A stretch of DNA of 64,000 nt from Camelus ferus (GCF_009834535.1 NC_045697.1:55120001-55184000), one strand, 5' to 3'. Numbered from the stretch's first letter, positions 1-12,470 are shown. Notes: generated by a model not told the origin, from the letters alone. Program-made: numbers and translations.

Positions 1-441
1 CATCTTCATGTCTTCGCTGGAAAAATATCTGTTCAGTTTCTCTGCCCATTTTTAATTGAATTGTCCTTTTTTTGTTACTGAGTTGTATGAGTTCTTTATA
101 TATTTTGGATATTAACCTTATCAGATAAATGATTTGCAAGTATCTTCTCCTATTCGATAGGTTGTCTTTTTGTTTTGTTCATGATTCCCTTTGCTGGGCA
201 GAACAAAGCTGGAGGTATCATGCACCCTTATTTCAAACTGTACTACAAAGCTATAGTAATCAAAACAAAAATTAACTAAAAATGAGTTAAAAACTTGGAT
301 GTGAGACCTGACACCATAAAACTCCTGGAAGAAAACATAGGCAGTAATTTTTTGACATCAGTCTTAGCAATATGTTTTTGAAACTGATTCCAAAGGCAAC
401 AAAAGCAAAAATAAACAAATAATACTACACCAAACTAAAGA
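1..441 (-). mobile_element. L1 ORF2 fragment with 5' inversion; the 3' part continues off the left edge of the window
   Basis: 1-203 is antisense L1 ORF2 (minus strand reads ttctgcccagcaaaggga...caacctatcgaataggagaagatacttgcaaatc). 200-441 is sense L1 ORF2 (gaacaaagctggaggtatc...aaactcctggaagaaaacataggc...aaactaaagag). Confidence 0.9.
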
Positions 442-1184
442 GTGTCTTTTTTATTAATTGCAGAGAGCATTTCTTTTTATTGTTTATTGGTTTTAATCAT
501 GAACATCAAAGGCTATTTTAAAATTAAGTAATATTTGATTACCTCTTCTTACTGATAAAATAATACTTTGCTAAGTATAAACCACCTGGGGAAAAATGCA
601 AAATTTTGTAAACAAAATAAATCATTCTAACATTTAGTGATTATAACTATTAAGATTTTGATGTGTTTTATTGCTACCTTTATTTCCATTTTAATATATG
701 CACATGCATGCTTTAAAATATTTATATATTTTGACTGAATCTTGCATTTCATGAATATTTCCTGCTATTATTAGCATGTTTTCTATCTTATCAATATAAT
801 TTAGTGTAACTGATTTTGGTTTATTGTTGTAAATTTAAGCTGTTTCTAATTTTTTACCATCTTTGGACATATATTTGAATGAATCTTTTATTTGTAAGAA
901 TAATTTCTCGTTCTGAAAGATATAATGTCAGAAGCACTGTCTGAAAGTATAAAAGTCTAAAAATACAATCTCAAACTAAAACTATCTAAAGCTTTTTATA
1001 AATATCATTTTGCGTTCTGGGAAATCAACGTAAATTCACATTCCCTGCAGTAAAGCGTGATTTACAGTTTTAAAAATTTCATCTTATCAAAGAATGGGAT
1101 ATATACTTCATGCAAGGGTAGAATGTAAGGCATAGTTTTGCACTGGGTAGCTTTTGTTAAGAATTTTACGTTAATATTATGTGA

Positions 1185-1448
1185 CCACATTTCCAAAACT
1201 GTGTTTCATGGAACACTATAGACAAAAGGGTTTTGTGGTCTAAAAGGTTTGGAAAGCATTAAATATTAGGTTACTCCTTTTGGAGATTCAAAACGTACAT
1301 TAATTTAATAAGGACTAAGATGATCTACAGTAAACGGGTACATCAGAACCAAATTAGACTCAGTGTATTCCAAGACTCAAAGGAGCACAGAATCCTATCC
1401 TTGTGTAACATATTAAAATTTGCATATTCCATGGGATAAATGCTGGAA
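1185..1448. mobile_element. Old non-autonomous hAT/Charlie-type element (tentative)
   Basis: Starts catttccaaaactgtgtttcatggaacacta, resembling the CAGYGTTTCCCAAA..GTGTTCCACGGAACAC terminus of Charlie MITEs. The right end is degraded. Confidence 0.4.
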
Positions 1449-1809
1449 TATAAAATCCTTGCCTAGTTCTAACTTAGAAGTAACCATATATTATGGTAGA
1501 AGAGTTTTCTTTGTTTTATTAGTCTGCACTGATAAAATAATTAATCTTCTCTAATGAGGACCCAAAACAAAGAAACAAACAAACTTGTCCTCTGTGTGAA
1601 TGTACTACATGCTTAGCTATTAAATGATATTTGACTATATATATATTAAAAATAATTGTGTTTAGTAATTCAAGAAAAATATGTAGAGACACTTTTCTTG
1701 TAAATCGGCTATTTTTGCCTTTCTAGAAAGGAAAAGCTGATGTTTTAGTTTTTTTAATACCTCAAAACTGGCTCAATAGCTTAAAAAATTACTTTACTTG
1801 AAATATTAC

Positions 1810-2560
1810 TAGAATATTAAATGTTGGTGAGAATGTGAGAAGCTGGAACTTTTACACATGAATGTGAAGATTGTGTATTTATATGACTGCTGCAGAAAAC
1901 AGTATGGCATATTCAGGAAAAGGTGAAGATATTCACAATGTATAACCAATACTTCTACTCCTAGCAGTATACCCTTTAAAAGCACTTGCCATATATACTC
2001 TTGAGAAACTATCACACATGCATGCCAGGAAACAGAAGTATGTCAAAGAGTATTTGTAAAGGAACTATTTGTAATTTTTTAAAAAATGAAACAAGCAAAT
2101 GCCATGAGCCAAGGACAAGATACATACATTGTGTTATGTCCATACACAATGGAGTACCACAGAGCGAAAAGGAGTGATCACAGTGAATCTAATAAGACAA
2201 TGGATATAGGCAATTGCAGAAAGTTCCTGAAGAACATACACTTGACAATTCCAATTATATAAAGGTCAAAAGCAGGCAAAGCAGTCTTTTGATGAGAGAT
2301 ACAAATACATATGGTAAAACTGTTAAAAGTCTAGATATGACATCCTCCAGGATACAGAAAGGAAGCAATGAAATTTAGGAGAGGCATATATGGAACTTTA
2401 AATGTTTTTTCCAATGATCACTTAGGCTGGTGTGGGTAAATGGATGTTTGTTTATTTTTATTTTTTAAAGTATACACATCTTTATTGCATATATATTATA
2501 ATTTCAGATATACATATATACAATATATTATATACTATTTTACTTTACATAACATATATA
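1810..2560 (+). mobile_element. Ancient L1 (L1M/L1ME-like), ORF2 end and 3' UTR
   Basis: aaatgttggtgagaatgtgagaagctggaact..., ttctactcctagcagtatacc, catacacaatggagtaccac and aaggtcaaaagcaggcaaa are degraded L1 3'-end motifs in the expected order. Confidence 0.8.
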
Positions 2561-4204
2561 TAATATTATTGTGGACATTAAAATACCTACCTAATTTTTA
2601 ACTAATTTAACAATTATTTATGGGCATCCACTCTTTTTCCCCGATACTATTGAAGTGCAGGGGATACGTGGATAAACAAGTCAGCCTGAGATCTTGTCTT
2701 ATCTTTGCCTAATTTCCTTGATTTGGCATTGGTAAATAATTTTTTTCTTTTTCAAGCAGGCTGAGCTTGTGGATTTGAAATCATTTAACATGATAAATTC
2801 ATGTACATGTAACATACAGAGGGAAGCAGAAGTGAAGTCTCGTAAAAGTTGCCCTGCTAGAATTATTGTACCATATCACCTCCAGAAATGTTTTATGGCT
2901 CATCATATTTCAATATTTGCTGTGGGAAATCTATGGGAAAGCAAGACTTGTCAATTGCTGGTATTTATGGTAAACTTTTAGAAAGAAAAATAAGAGTAAT
3001 CGTGCCATTTTAAAGAAGAACACTACTTTCCCTAGCCTATGCGGCAATAATGATTTACACCTGTTATTATCTGAAGTCAAATGGCTACTGGAATCTTATG
3101 CTGATTGAATATCACCACTGAAGGCAACATAGGAACAAATGCCCAGATCAAATCGTTAATTGCTGTCAGAGACACTAAAGGTCTTTGACAGATCATGGTA
3201 TATGAGCTAAGCACACATGTATTTAACTCCACTTAAAGTTCCATGATGCCAATCAACAGATCATTTTGAAATATGAAATATTTAGCAAAGATATAAACAT
3301 TTGAAAATATGTTTTTATACAGTTGAAAAATCCTATTGAAATGATTGAAAATTTCTTATGCAGTCCATAGATTAAAGAAATGAATTAGAATTGGTTGGCT
3401 TGCAATGCAATAGAATAATTCAGGAGAATTGAGGCTTTTAGAACTGACATAAATCAATGAGCATACTTACTCAGGATTATCTATGGGACAGGAAACAATC
3501 AATGAGTTTGGTGAAACACTTTCTGAAAGCACAGCACCTTTCTGAGTTTACAGTCTAATATTAGTTTCTTTGAAAAAGGAGCTTTTTAGACAAAGCATTT
3601 TTGCCTCATTCTTTTGGTCGAGCTGAGAGGAGAGAAAATAGCTTTTCCCAGGATGACTAGCAAATGCTTATTACACTTCTAGGCCCAAAATGTGTAAAGT
3701 GCAGAGAGGTTTCAATAAAACCCTTGTCAAATCTTTCTCTCCTTTCCTTTAAGTCTTTCCTTGTTGGTTGATTTTTAACTGAGAATTGATTTTAACTACC
3801 CCAGCTGTGGGGTAGGGCATGGAAGGTGGGTCACTGGGGTGAAAGGATTCCCACAGAGGTAAGGAGGGTTTTTAAAATGACCCTTTGAGATAAAGCACTG
3901 CAAGTATCAGAAGGAGTTCTATTTGACAGATCAGTGCTGACTAGTAGAATTTTCCTCTCTCTTCACATTTCAATTTCACCTGCTGTTTCTTTTCCCTTTT
4001 TTTTTTTTTTTTGTTTTCCAAAGTTTGCTTGATTGTGGGGTGTGGTGTTACTTTACTGGAATAATCTAATTTGCCATATTATTAATCATTGGATTATTCA
4101 TGTAAGACCCAATGTTGACAAGCATCTTTAACATCATTTGATATGTCATTTAAAAAATAGTCAATAGCAGTATTGTGACTTTTGTTGTCTCTGGCTCTTC
4201 CAAC

Positions 4205-4735
4205 TATGTATTACTACTCAACAGTTTACCCCTAAAATAGCAGCTCAAAACAACCGTTTTATTTGGATTATAATTTGAGGGGTCAGGAATTAGAGAACGA
4301 TTCAGCAAGACAGTCTGGCCCTGATCCTCATGGCATCAGCTGGGATGGCAGGGGGCTGGAAAACTAACTTGCAAGAATGCTTCTTCATTCTCATTTCTGG
4401 AGCCTTGCTAATTTGTGGCTTTGCTTTCTCTTCACATGGCATCTCGTTCTGCAGGTTCTCTCCAAGTGATTTGAGGTTCTTGAAGCATGGTGGTCACAGG
4501 AGAGTCAGATTTTTTTTTACATGGTGGCTGGCTTCCCCCAGAGTGAGCTTTCCAAGAGACTTGGCAAAAGCTCCAAGGCTTATGACCTAGTCTTGGAGGA
4601 TATGCAGTATCATTTCTGTCACATCCCATTTGTCAAAAGGAGTCATAGCAAAGATTCAGAGGGGGAGGGAAAAGTATATTCCACATCTCTGTGGGAAGTG
4701 TAGCCAAGAATTCTTGAGATTCTTAATCTCCAACA
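4205..4735 (-). mobile_element. MaLR LTR (old MLT1 subfamily)
   Basis: Contains tacccctaaaatagcagctcaaaacaacc...gggtcaggaatt...tacatggtggctggcttcccccagagtgagc...cagtatcatttctgtcacat, typical of antisense MLT1. Confidence 0.75.
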
Positions 4736-5248
4736 CTGATGCTTAAACTCTTGCTCTTCCACAAATTCTTCTAATCAGCTTTGAAGTAGGTGCTTCCCAG
4801 AATGTAACTCTTGTTACAGTAGAAACGATATGTGCTTGAAAGTAAAGTTAATGATAAATCCTGTCTCCTTCTTGTTCTCTGTGTAACTTTCATTATTTAA
4901 CATGTCTAAACCTCAGATTTCTCATATGAAAAAGTAGATAAAACATTTTTGAAAAAGACAGGAAATCAGCAAATGTTCCTAATGTGTGTAATGTAGTGCC
5001 TGAATTTTTTTACAAATCAGATTTTATTTCTCTAGTTCCTACCTTGTGTTTCTTCCCCGGATCAGAGGTTTTCCCTTATAGAAATGACACCTATAGCTTG
5101 AAACCTCTTGCTCCAATATGTCCTGAATATCACTTGCTACTGTTGAAAAAAAAAAATCTTCCTAAACTTCCCTGTAGTCTGTCTCCACATTGTCTTGCAC
5201 AGGCTTAGCCCCACATCTACCCAGCACGAGCCGAGGACTACACACTGT

Positions 5249-5380
5249 ACATTCAGTCCTCAATCGATAGACATTTCTGAAGCACTTGCTAAGTTCCTGG
5301 AACCATTGTACTTTCCTGAGATACAAACATGAATAAGACATCTTTACATCTCCTCTGTTTTTTGCATCTTATATTCTAAG
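5249..5380 (-). mobile_element. L2 3' fragment
   Basis: Reads catttctgaagcacttgctaagttcctggaaccattg...gagatacaaacatgaataagaca, the antisense L2 3' end pattern. Confidence 0.55.
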
Positions 5381-6498
5381 CTGAAATTCTGGCTATGTCT
5401 TTAACGTAATGTGGTTACCACCATACATTATATTCATACCTTCCTTGCTCCTCTTGTCTCTCAGTTATCTTGACCACCAGCCTCTCTGAATCCTTTTCTT
5501 ACACTCTCACCTTCCACTCTAAGATCTTTCCTTGTTGTGATTTTTTATGACTATTGGTCATTTTTCTACCTCTATTTCCTAACAATACAACTGAAAACTA
5601 ATTTTGATTCTCTGTCTTCCCAGTAGAGAAGCTAGCCCTCCACTCACTTTGTATTCAGGTGCTGTACTGGGGTAATTCTTTTACCTGGTTCATTTCATTT
5701 TCAAGAGAATTTATCTCATATGTACTCAAAGGCTTAAATCTAGATTTCTTTTCCCTAGATGATCAAAAACAAAAGTAATATTCCCTTTCTCTGGAAACCA
5801 CAAAGCTTTGGACCATTGCCTTATATTTCAGTTATTTGTGTGCATATCTCTTAATACTTATATTCAAATCTAGCTTTTTTGTGTATTTGAATCCATTATA
5901 GCAAAAGGGGTATTAATATGCCTAATTACTATTTAGAAAGAAGATTCATAAATCATTTTCACCAGTATGAAATAAATAAGGTAAATAAATCAGTTAACAA
6001 ATTAAATTTTTTCTATATAATTTTTAGCTTGTAGTGTTTTTATTTAAGTTTGACTTGTGGAAAATTGAAAATGATTCGAATCAATTTCTTTGATATGCAA
6101 TAGCTAATAATAGATTCAAAACACTTAGGAAAGACATTTACCTTTTCTTTCCATTGACTTTTGCTGTAAAATTTTGAAGTAGTAGTTTTTAAAGATATAT
6201 GAAAAAAGTATAAAGTGTTTAAAAATTATATCATTAGTCTTAAATCTTAATCATAAAGCTTTTTTCTTAGTAAGTAGATTCTATATAGTTAGAGAGTTAG
6301 TTCTTATCAACTTACAAATCGCCTGTCTCTGTGCTCAACATTTCTTATTATCCTGAATCTATATGGCACCCAAGAATGCTTTCATGTCTAAGGTTATCTC
6401 TGTGGAAGAGAAAATACCTAAGGCCATCTTAAGCTTGGGAAGTTTACTATCTTGATTAAATGAAGGATTAAATATCCTTTTGTTAAGTGGTGTGTGCT

Positions 6499-6501
<3 letters not shown>

Positions 6502-6531
<30 letters not shown>
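6502..6531. repeat. (TG)15 microsatellite
   Basis: Read directly from the sequence. Confidence 0.98.
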
Positions 6532-6534
<3 letters not shown>

Positions 6535-7140
6535 TTGGACAATTTCTAGGAAAATCTTAAGTCCTGGAATGTAAGGTTAGGTTGAGTGGCTACTTTCCTC
6601 TTAAATGAGGGATGGAGTGTTTCTCCTAAGCATAACTTATATTTAAAAATTGGCGTAGAGAAGGGAGAATGATCATTCTTAGCAACTATGGTCAATATAT
6701 TTCAAGTATAACTAGAGTTGGGAGTGATTTTTCAGGATGAAGGGCTCTGTGGCTCTTCAGTCATACCATAGAGGAGGCTGTAATCGGCTTCATAGATTCT
6801 ACTACCTTTACAGATTTTGCCTTAAAAGTTGTGACTTGGAGGAAGTAGAGAATATTATTGTAGAATTACTACAACAGTATTAATTTACTCTCATCTGTCC
6901 ATTTCAAAACAAACTATAAGGCCTGGGAAACATGCAGTCAGGGTTGTTCCTTTACACAATTTAGTTTTTCCTTTGCACAATAACTTATTCATTTGTTGAT
7001 TATGTATTTCTGGAAAACCAATTTTGTATAAGGCACTATGGTTATTCTTGGGAGTACACAGAAATGTACCCAACATTAAAAAGGTTTATAGTCCTATAGT
7101 AAAAATTTTCATGTTATATACTCTGTATTTGTTTTGAACT

Positions 7141-7428
7141 ATAGATGATCCTTGAGCAACACAGGTTTAAACTGTGTGCCCACTTACATATGGATTTTTA
7201 AAAATAAACATACAGTTGACTTTCCATGTTAGTGGGTCCCAGGTTCCACATCTGCAGTCAACCAACCACAGATTACCAATTTAATATGTGGTCTGCAGTT
7301 GGTTGAGTCCTCGGATGTGGAACCCGTGGACACAGGGGTGAGCATCCATGGGGACCTGAGCATCCATGAATTTTGGTATCTGCAGTGGGTCCTAGAAGTA
7401 ATTCTCTGCAGATACTGAAGGACAGCTG
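7141..7428. mobile_element. MER2/Tigger2-derived TcMar-Tigger MITE
   Basis: Left end gatccttgagcaacacaggtttaaactgtgtg; internal cagttgac...caaccaacc; right end gatactgaaggacagctg followed by TA. Confidence 0.85.
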
Positions 7429-7574
7429 TATATGATATTTTAATTAGCATATTTCTATAACTGTTTATTAACACATTAATGATAATCCATTTTTATGCTT
7501 GATATTCTAGCATAAATATTTATAGGACACTCTTCTGTTTTCAAAAGTGTGCCAGTTTGGAGAATAAATTATAT

Positions 7575-8066
7575 CCATGGCTCTCAAAGTGTAGTCTTAG
7601 AATCCCTGGGAGGGGGATAACTTAACATGCTTTCCTGGGGTCAGCAAGATCAAAATTAGTTTTAGAATATATTATAAAATTCTTTTTACTTTTTCACTCT
7701 CATTTTCTTGCAAGTGCAGTTTTCTAGAGGCTACATTATGTGTGTTATTGCAGCAGAAGCATATCCGAGAATATGACTTTTATTAAGTCAAATATTAAAC
7801 AGATTATATCAATGTAAAACAAAGCCATTTCTCTTACTAGTTGTTTTGTTTGGGGAAATGTATTATGTTAACATGTACTGTGTTTATTTTAGTTATACTG
7901 TTTTTGAATGAGTTTATAAATAAATATATATATATTTATTCTCAGTTTTACTGTCTAATATGATGAATATTCTTAAATATAACCCATACAAACATAAACC
8001 TTTTGGGGCCCTCAATAATATTTAAGAGTGTGAAAAGGTCTAAGGCTTAAAAATTTGAGAATTATG
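7575..8066 (+). mobile_element. hAT-Charlie1-group non-autonomous DNA transposon
   Basis: Termini ggctctcaaagtgtagtc... and ...aaatttgagaatt are inverted. Internal ttttcactctcattt...ttttctagaggctacat is Charlie-like. Confidence 0.75.
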
Positions 8067-8177
8067 TTACCATAATTTTTTTCCTGTACCATTTTCACTT
8101 ATCAGTTTGGATTTACTTCTCTTTGTGTCTTTCAAGTCATATAATTTTATTTTTCTAGATATGAACACACTTCCTCT

Positions 8178-9010
8178 CATTCATTCATGCATTGAAGAAA
8201 TACTATGTGCCTTTTCTTGAGCTGAAATCTGGGGATACTAAAGTAAATGCAATTAATTTTGTTATATGAGAAGTAATTTTTAATCAAGAAATCATTAAAA
8301 CATGGAAAATTCACCTGTGGGAAGCTATAAATGAAAGCTATGTGGTTTATGTCTTACTGTTATATAAATATTTTATTGAAGTATAGTTGATAACAAAAGA
8401 ATGAAATAATGTCATTTGCAGCAACATGGATGGATCTAGAGATTATCATACTTAGTGAAGTAAATCAGACAAAGACAAATATCATATGATATCACTTATA
8501 TGTGGAATCTAAAAAATGATACAAATGTAATATTTTGATTTGACCTTAGGATGGACAGGAAACCTTTCCCTGGGAAGTTACGTTTGAGCTGAAATATGAA
8601 GGCTGCAAGAGCATTCGTGGTGTTCTGAGTAGAAGGAGCATCACAAAGAGAGGAAACAGAGTATGCAGATTCTCTGTGCAAGCAGACTGAGCAAGAAAGA
8701 TTCAGCAGACCGATCTGGCACAAACACAGTGACAGTAGAGTAGATGGAATCAGAATAAGAGATTCAGGTGCAGAGGGAGGTAGGGACCAAACTGTAAAAG
8801 GCTATGGAATTTTATTTTAATACTAAGAACAATGTGAAGCCACCAAGAAAGTTTAAATGGGGAAAGGGATCACCTTGGGGTTATGTTTTTGTTTCATGAT
8901 TTGATGTTGGAGATGATGGAGTTTGAGCTAGTCTAATAATTTTCAAGAAGTGGGGAAGTATTTAGGGGCAAAATTAATGTAACCTGTGAATTGATAAAAT
9001 ATGGGGAAGG
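8178..9010 (-). mobile_element. L2 fragment, interrupted by a small L1 insertion
   Basis: Begins cattcattcatgcattgaagaaatactatgtgcc (antisense L2 tail) and later has ggaattttattttaatactaagaacaatgtgaagccacc. Confidence 0.7.
8375..8528 (-). mobile_element. Very short, inverted young L1 insertion
   Basis: Antisense L1 terminus (tttattgaagtatagttgat) is joined to a sense L1 ORF2 end (aagaatgaaataatgtcatttgcagcaacatggatggatctagag...gtggaatctaaaaaatgatacaaatg). Flanked by aatatttt at 8367-8374 and 8529-8536. Confidence 0.85.
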
Positions 9011-11078
9011 ATGACAGGACTATGAACAGAATTCCTTTCATTAATTCATGCATTTAAGAAACATTTAAGAATTTAAGAAACTGATGGCACTAAGGAATTA
9101 GAGATTTCTGGGCTATACAGCTGGCTAGATGGTGAAATATCTCACTTGAAGGAAAGAGGGAAGCATGACTAGTAAAGGCCCAGAGCTTCTGAGAAATGAC
9201 AGTTCCTTGGAGCTGTCACATGCAGGCCTACAAGTCTACAGTGAAGAATGACGATGATGGACGGTAAACTTCAGGCTAAATAAGACCAACAGCCCAATAA
9301 CATTGCTCTCGATGAAAACTGTTGTTTTATCCTCCTAAAACAGAAACATAAATCAAGCTCAAACTGGTTTTGACATCCATTGTTTTTATAGTCCTGTATT
9401 CCTTGATTTCTCATTTACTATGGCCAGGCACATCAGGGATCAGAAGTTATAAATTTTCTTCTTCAAATCAGTTTTTACTGTCTCATTCACCTAGTTGACA
9501 AGAGTGAGCATCCAGAATGGACTATGTTACTTGAGGATCCTTTATAGTACTTAAAAAAATATTTTTCAGTGTAGTGTTTATGTAGACTTACAACAGCAGC
9601 AGTAAATCTCCATCAGGTTTTCTTGAAAAGTTGTCTGGCAATGGAGAAAGCCAGGTACCGGGCTAGCTGAGTCCCATCTCTGGGAAGAAACTGAAATCTA
9701 GGAAGGCAGTTATATTAACGCCCAGGCAACTCCTCTGTATACTGAAGTTGGTGAAAATTGTAACAGGACCTGTTGAGAAATATTGGAATCTGAATTTTAT
9801 GGAGTCCTCAGTGAGATGGTTAATTCACACATGAGACCTGGAAATGAAGTTGCCCTTTGGAAGCTTCCAGAATTCTATTTCCTTTAAGACTTAATGAATG
9901 ACATTTCGTGGATCAAATTATGCTGCAGAGGATGTGAGCGCAGCAGCTGTTGTACAGTTGATTGGATTTTGTGATTGAAAAGTTGATTATGATTGACTTT
10001 CTGATGATTCTTGGCTTAGAATTTGCTTCGTTTTGGGCTTTAAGGCAAGTTTTACTTGTTTAGCACTGTAATTGTAAATTCCTTTTTTCTTTTTGTCACA
10101 TGTGTAATAACCTGGAATTCGGCATTTCCATTTGAGTAGAAAGCTCACCATATTATTAGCTAGAATGATTGTTCTTGTAAGGCAGTTCATCTGTGGCCAG
10201 TGATACTTGACACTTTATTCATTTGTGTTAAGGAATTTTAATTGATTATGTGTTGATAGTTTTCAGAGCATACAAATCTTGCTTCCTGGGACATATACTG
10301 TTTAACATTTACCTTATCCCCAGTCTTTTCAACTGAATTTTTAATTTTAGAATCAAATTTTTGTACTGATTTGCCCCATTTTGAGTTTTACTATAATTCA
10401 GCAAAAAACACATTAAATTAAACTACATGGAATTGGAATGTAAATTGATTTATATACTTATTGATTTGAAAGTGTGAAATGATGGGGCTTTTAAGTTGAA
10501 ATACGTTACGAGTGATGTCAGCCTCCTGCAAATTAGATTCCTTAAAATTAATTTACCTGTTTACTTGTTAGCACTGATTTATGTTTTAGTTCGTGATGTG
10601 ACCAATACTTGAGAGATATAATATCATTTGTCTTACCAATGTTTCATAATTAAGACTATTTTGTCATTCCATCAGGAATTTCTCACTGTCCCCTCTAATT
10701 CTGAATAGTGTTTATGATACTTAGATGATTTTTTCCATCTGAGTGGTGTCAGTTTTAATGTCACAAAAGCGAAAGAGGCAAGTGAGTTAGTGATCTTATT
10801 AAGAAAGTTTTTGAATCCTCATTTTTTCTGTTCAGTTGGAAGTATTTTCCACCTCACAGTCTTATGGATGTTTTATCAGAAACATAAGATAGCCAATAGT
10901 AATACATATAATTTAATAATATTCATTTTGTAAATATCAGTATGAAGCTATGTAGAGCTTTGTGATTCCTTTTATTCTTCTAGCTACTCATACAGGACTG
11001 TTAGCTTATAAAAAACAATTACCATATTGATGATTGTGTTTCTGGCTATAAACTGTTGGATGTGGGAGTGTTGTCTGA

Positions 11079-11105
11079 AAAAACAAAACAAAACAAAACA
11101 AAACA
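11079..11105. repeat. (AAAAC)n pentanucleotide repeat
   Basis: Read directly from the sequence; about 5 units. Confidence 0.9.
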
Positions 11106-12256
11106 ATTGTTAGTTGTCTTTTCCTTTGCAGTAAGTGAAGCAAAGCATTACTTTAAGGGAAAGATGGAAGTAACTGCAAAGGCCATTTAGGCTTGAACTC
11201 CTCTGCATGAAGGCCATCCACCCCAGGCCTATCAATCACATATGACTACCAGCCAATCTTTGCAGGCTGTAATTTCTCTAGCAAAAGATAAGGCAGTGCA
11301 GCCATCCCCAGCTTTGATGAAACTTTTATGAAGGAAAATTTATACTAGTTGTACCCGACGCTCAGTTGGGGCTGATTAAATGATTTATATTTTGCCTGAT
11401 CAGAAAGCCAGGCAGATTAAAAATTGTGGCAGTCCCCTTTCGGAGTGCACATTGTTGTCTTCAGGTCACTGCTGAGAGAAATTGTCAGTGTGGTTCAAGG
11501 ACAGCTCAGCCCTTTGCACTTTCTCAAGGCAAGTCATTACTTAAGTGGCTACATGTATATTTCTAACAGCTGTGCCTTTGAAAGCTGACTTTCCTCTGTA
11601 ATTACAGTCCTGCCAAATAAGATGTTAATTTAGAGTTGTTTGGAGTTTCAAGAGGCAGGGTATAAATTGAATTTACTTAAGTATCCTCCAGAAGTCTTAT
11701 CTTTCAATTTCAAGACACATAACTTCAAATTACGATTTTAAAAATGCCAGTAACTTGCTTGGAAACTGGAGAGGAACTGAAACATACCAGCAGTGTAAAT
11801 CTGGCCAAATGAAGGCAAGAGTGGGAGTCTGTAGTCTGGCAGGAAGAGTCTGCTGCATTCAATGGGCCAGGAGGGCAGTGAGTGAGTCTAGAAAGGCAAA
11901 GAGGCCTGAACAGTTCTTTCACATATTATATGTTTCCTATTCTAATACATTTCTTTCTTTATCAACAGTGTTTAAATAAGTCATTTCAATGAATGTCAGT
12001 AACAGTGAATATTTATTGGGATTTTATCTTCTACAAAATGCAGTAGTTTGAATATTTAAGAAAATAAGTTATGATAGGCCTCAGATTTGCTGCTTAGCAG
12101 TGCCACTGCAGGGTTCTTTTACTATAGATACATTGGAAAACTGGCATCACAAGGAACAGAACAAAAAAGTAGTTCATGCATATTTCATCCCTCTCTTCAT
12201 TGATGGTATTGCCATTGTTGTTTGCATGTATTTTAATTTTATCCTTCAGTCTCTTC

Positions 12257-12358
12257 ATGATGATGGTGATGATGATGTTGATGATGATGATGACGATGAT
12301 GGTGGTGATGATGATAATGATGACGATACTGACAATAATGATGGTGATGATGATGATG
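12257..12358. repeat. Imperfect (ATG/GAT)n trinucleotide repeat, ~34 units
   Basis: Read directly. It explains the overlapping poly-D, poly-M, poly-H and poly-I ORFs in the track. Confidence 0.97.
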
Positions 12359-12361
12359 GAC

Positions 12362-12470
12362 ACATCTCTCCTTCACTAGACTGATTGGTTTTATTAATTT
12401 CTGTTCCCAGTGTATACAACACTGTCTGGAATGAAGTAGATTTTTCATAAACATTTGCTGTGTGATTAAA
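12362..12470 (+). mobile_element. L2 3' terminal fragment
   Basis: Reads tctccttcactagactg...ttcccagtgtatacaacactgtctggaatgaagtag...ataaacatttgctg. Confidence 0.6.

Noticed and set aside
12094..12454. Four overlapping ORFs encoding poly-Ile, poly-Asp, poly-Met and poly-His
   Set aside because: All are by-products of the (GAT)n repeat, and the flanks have no protein-like features.
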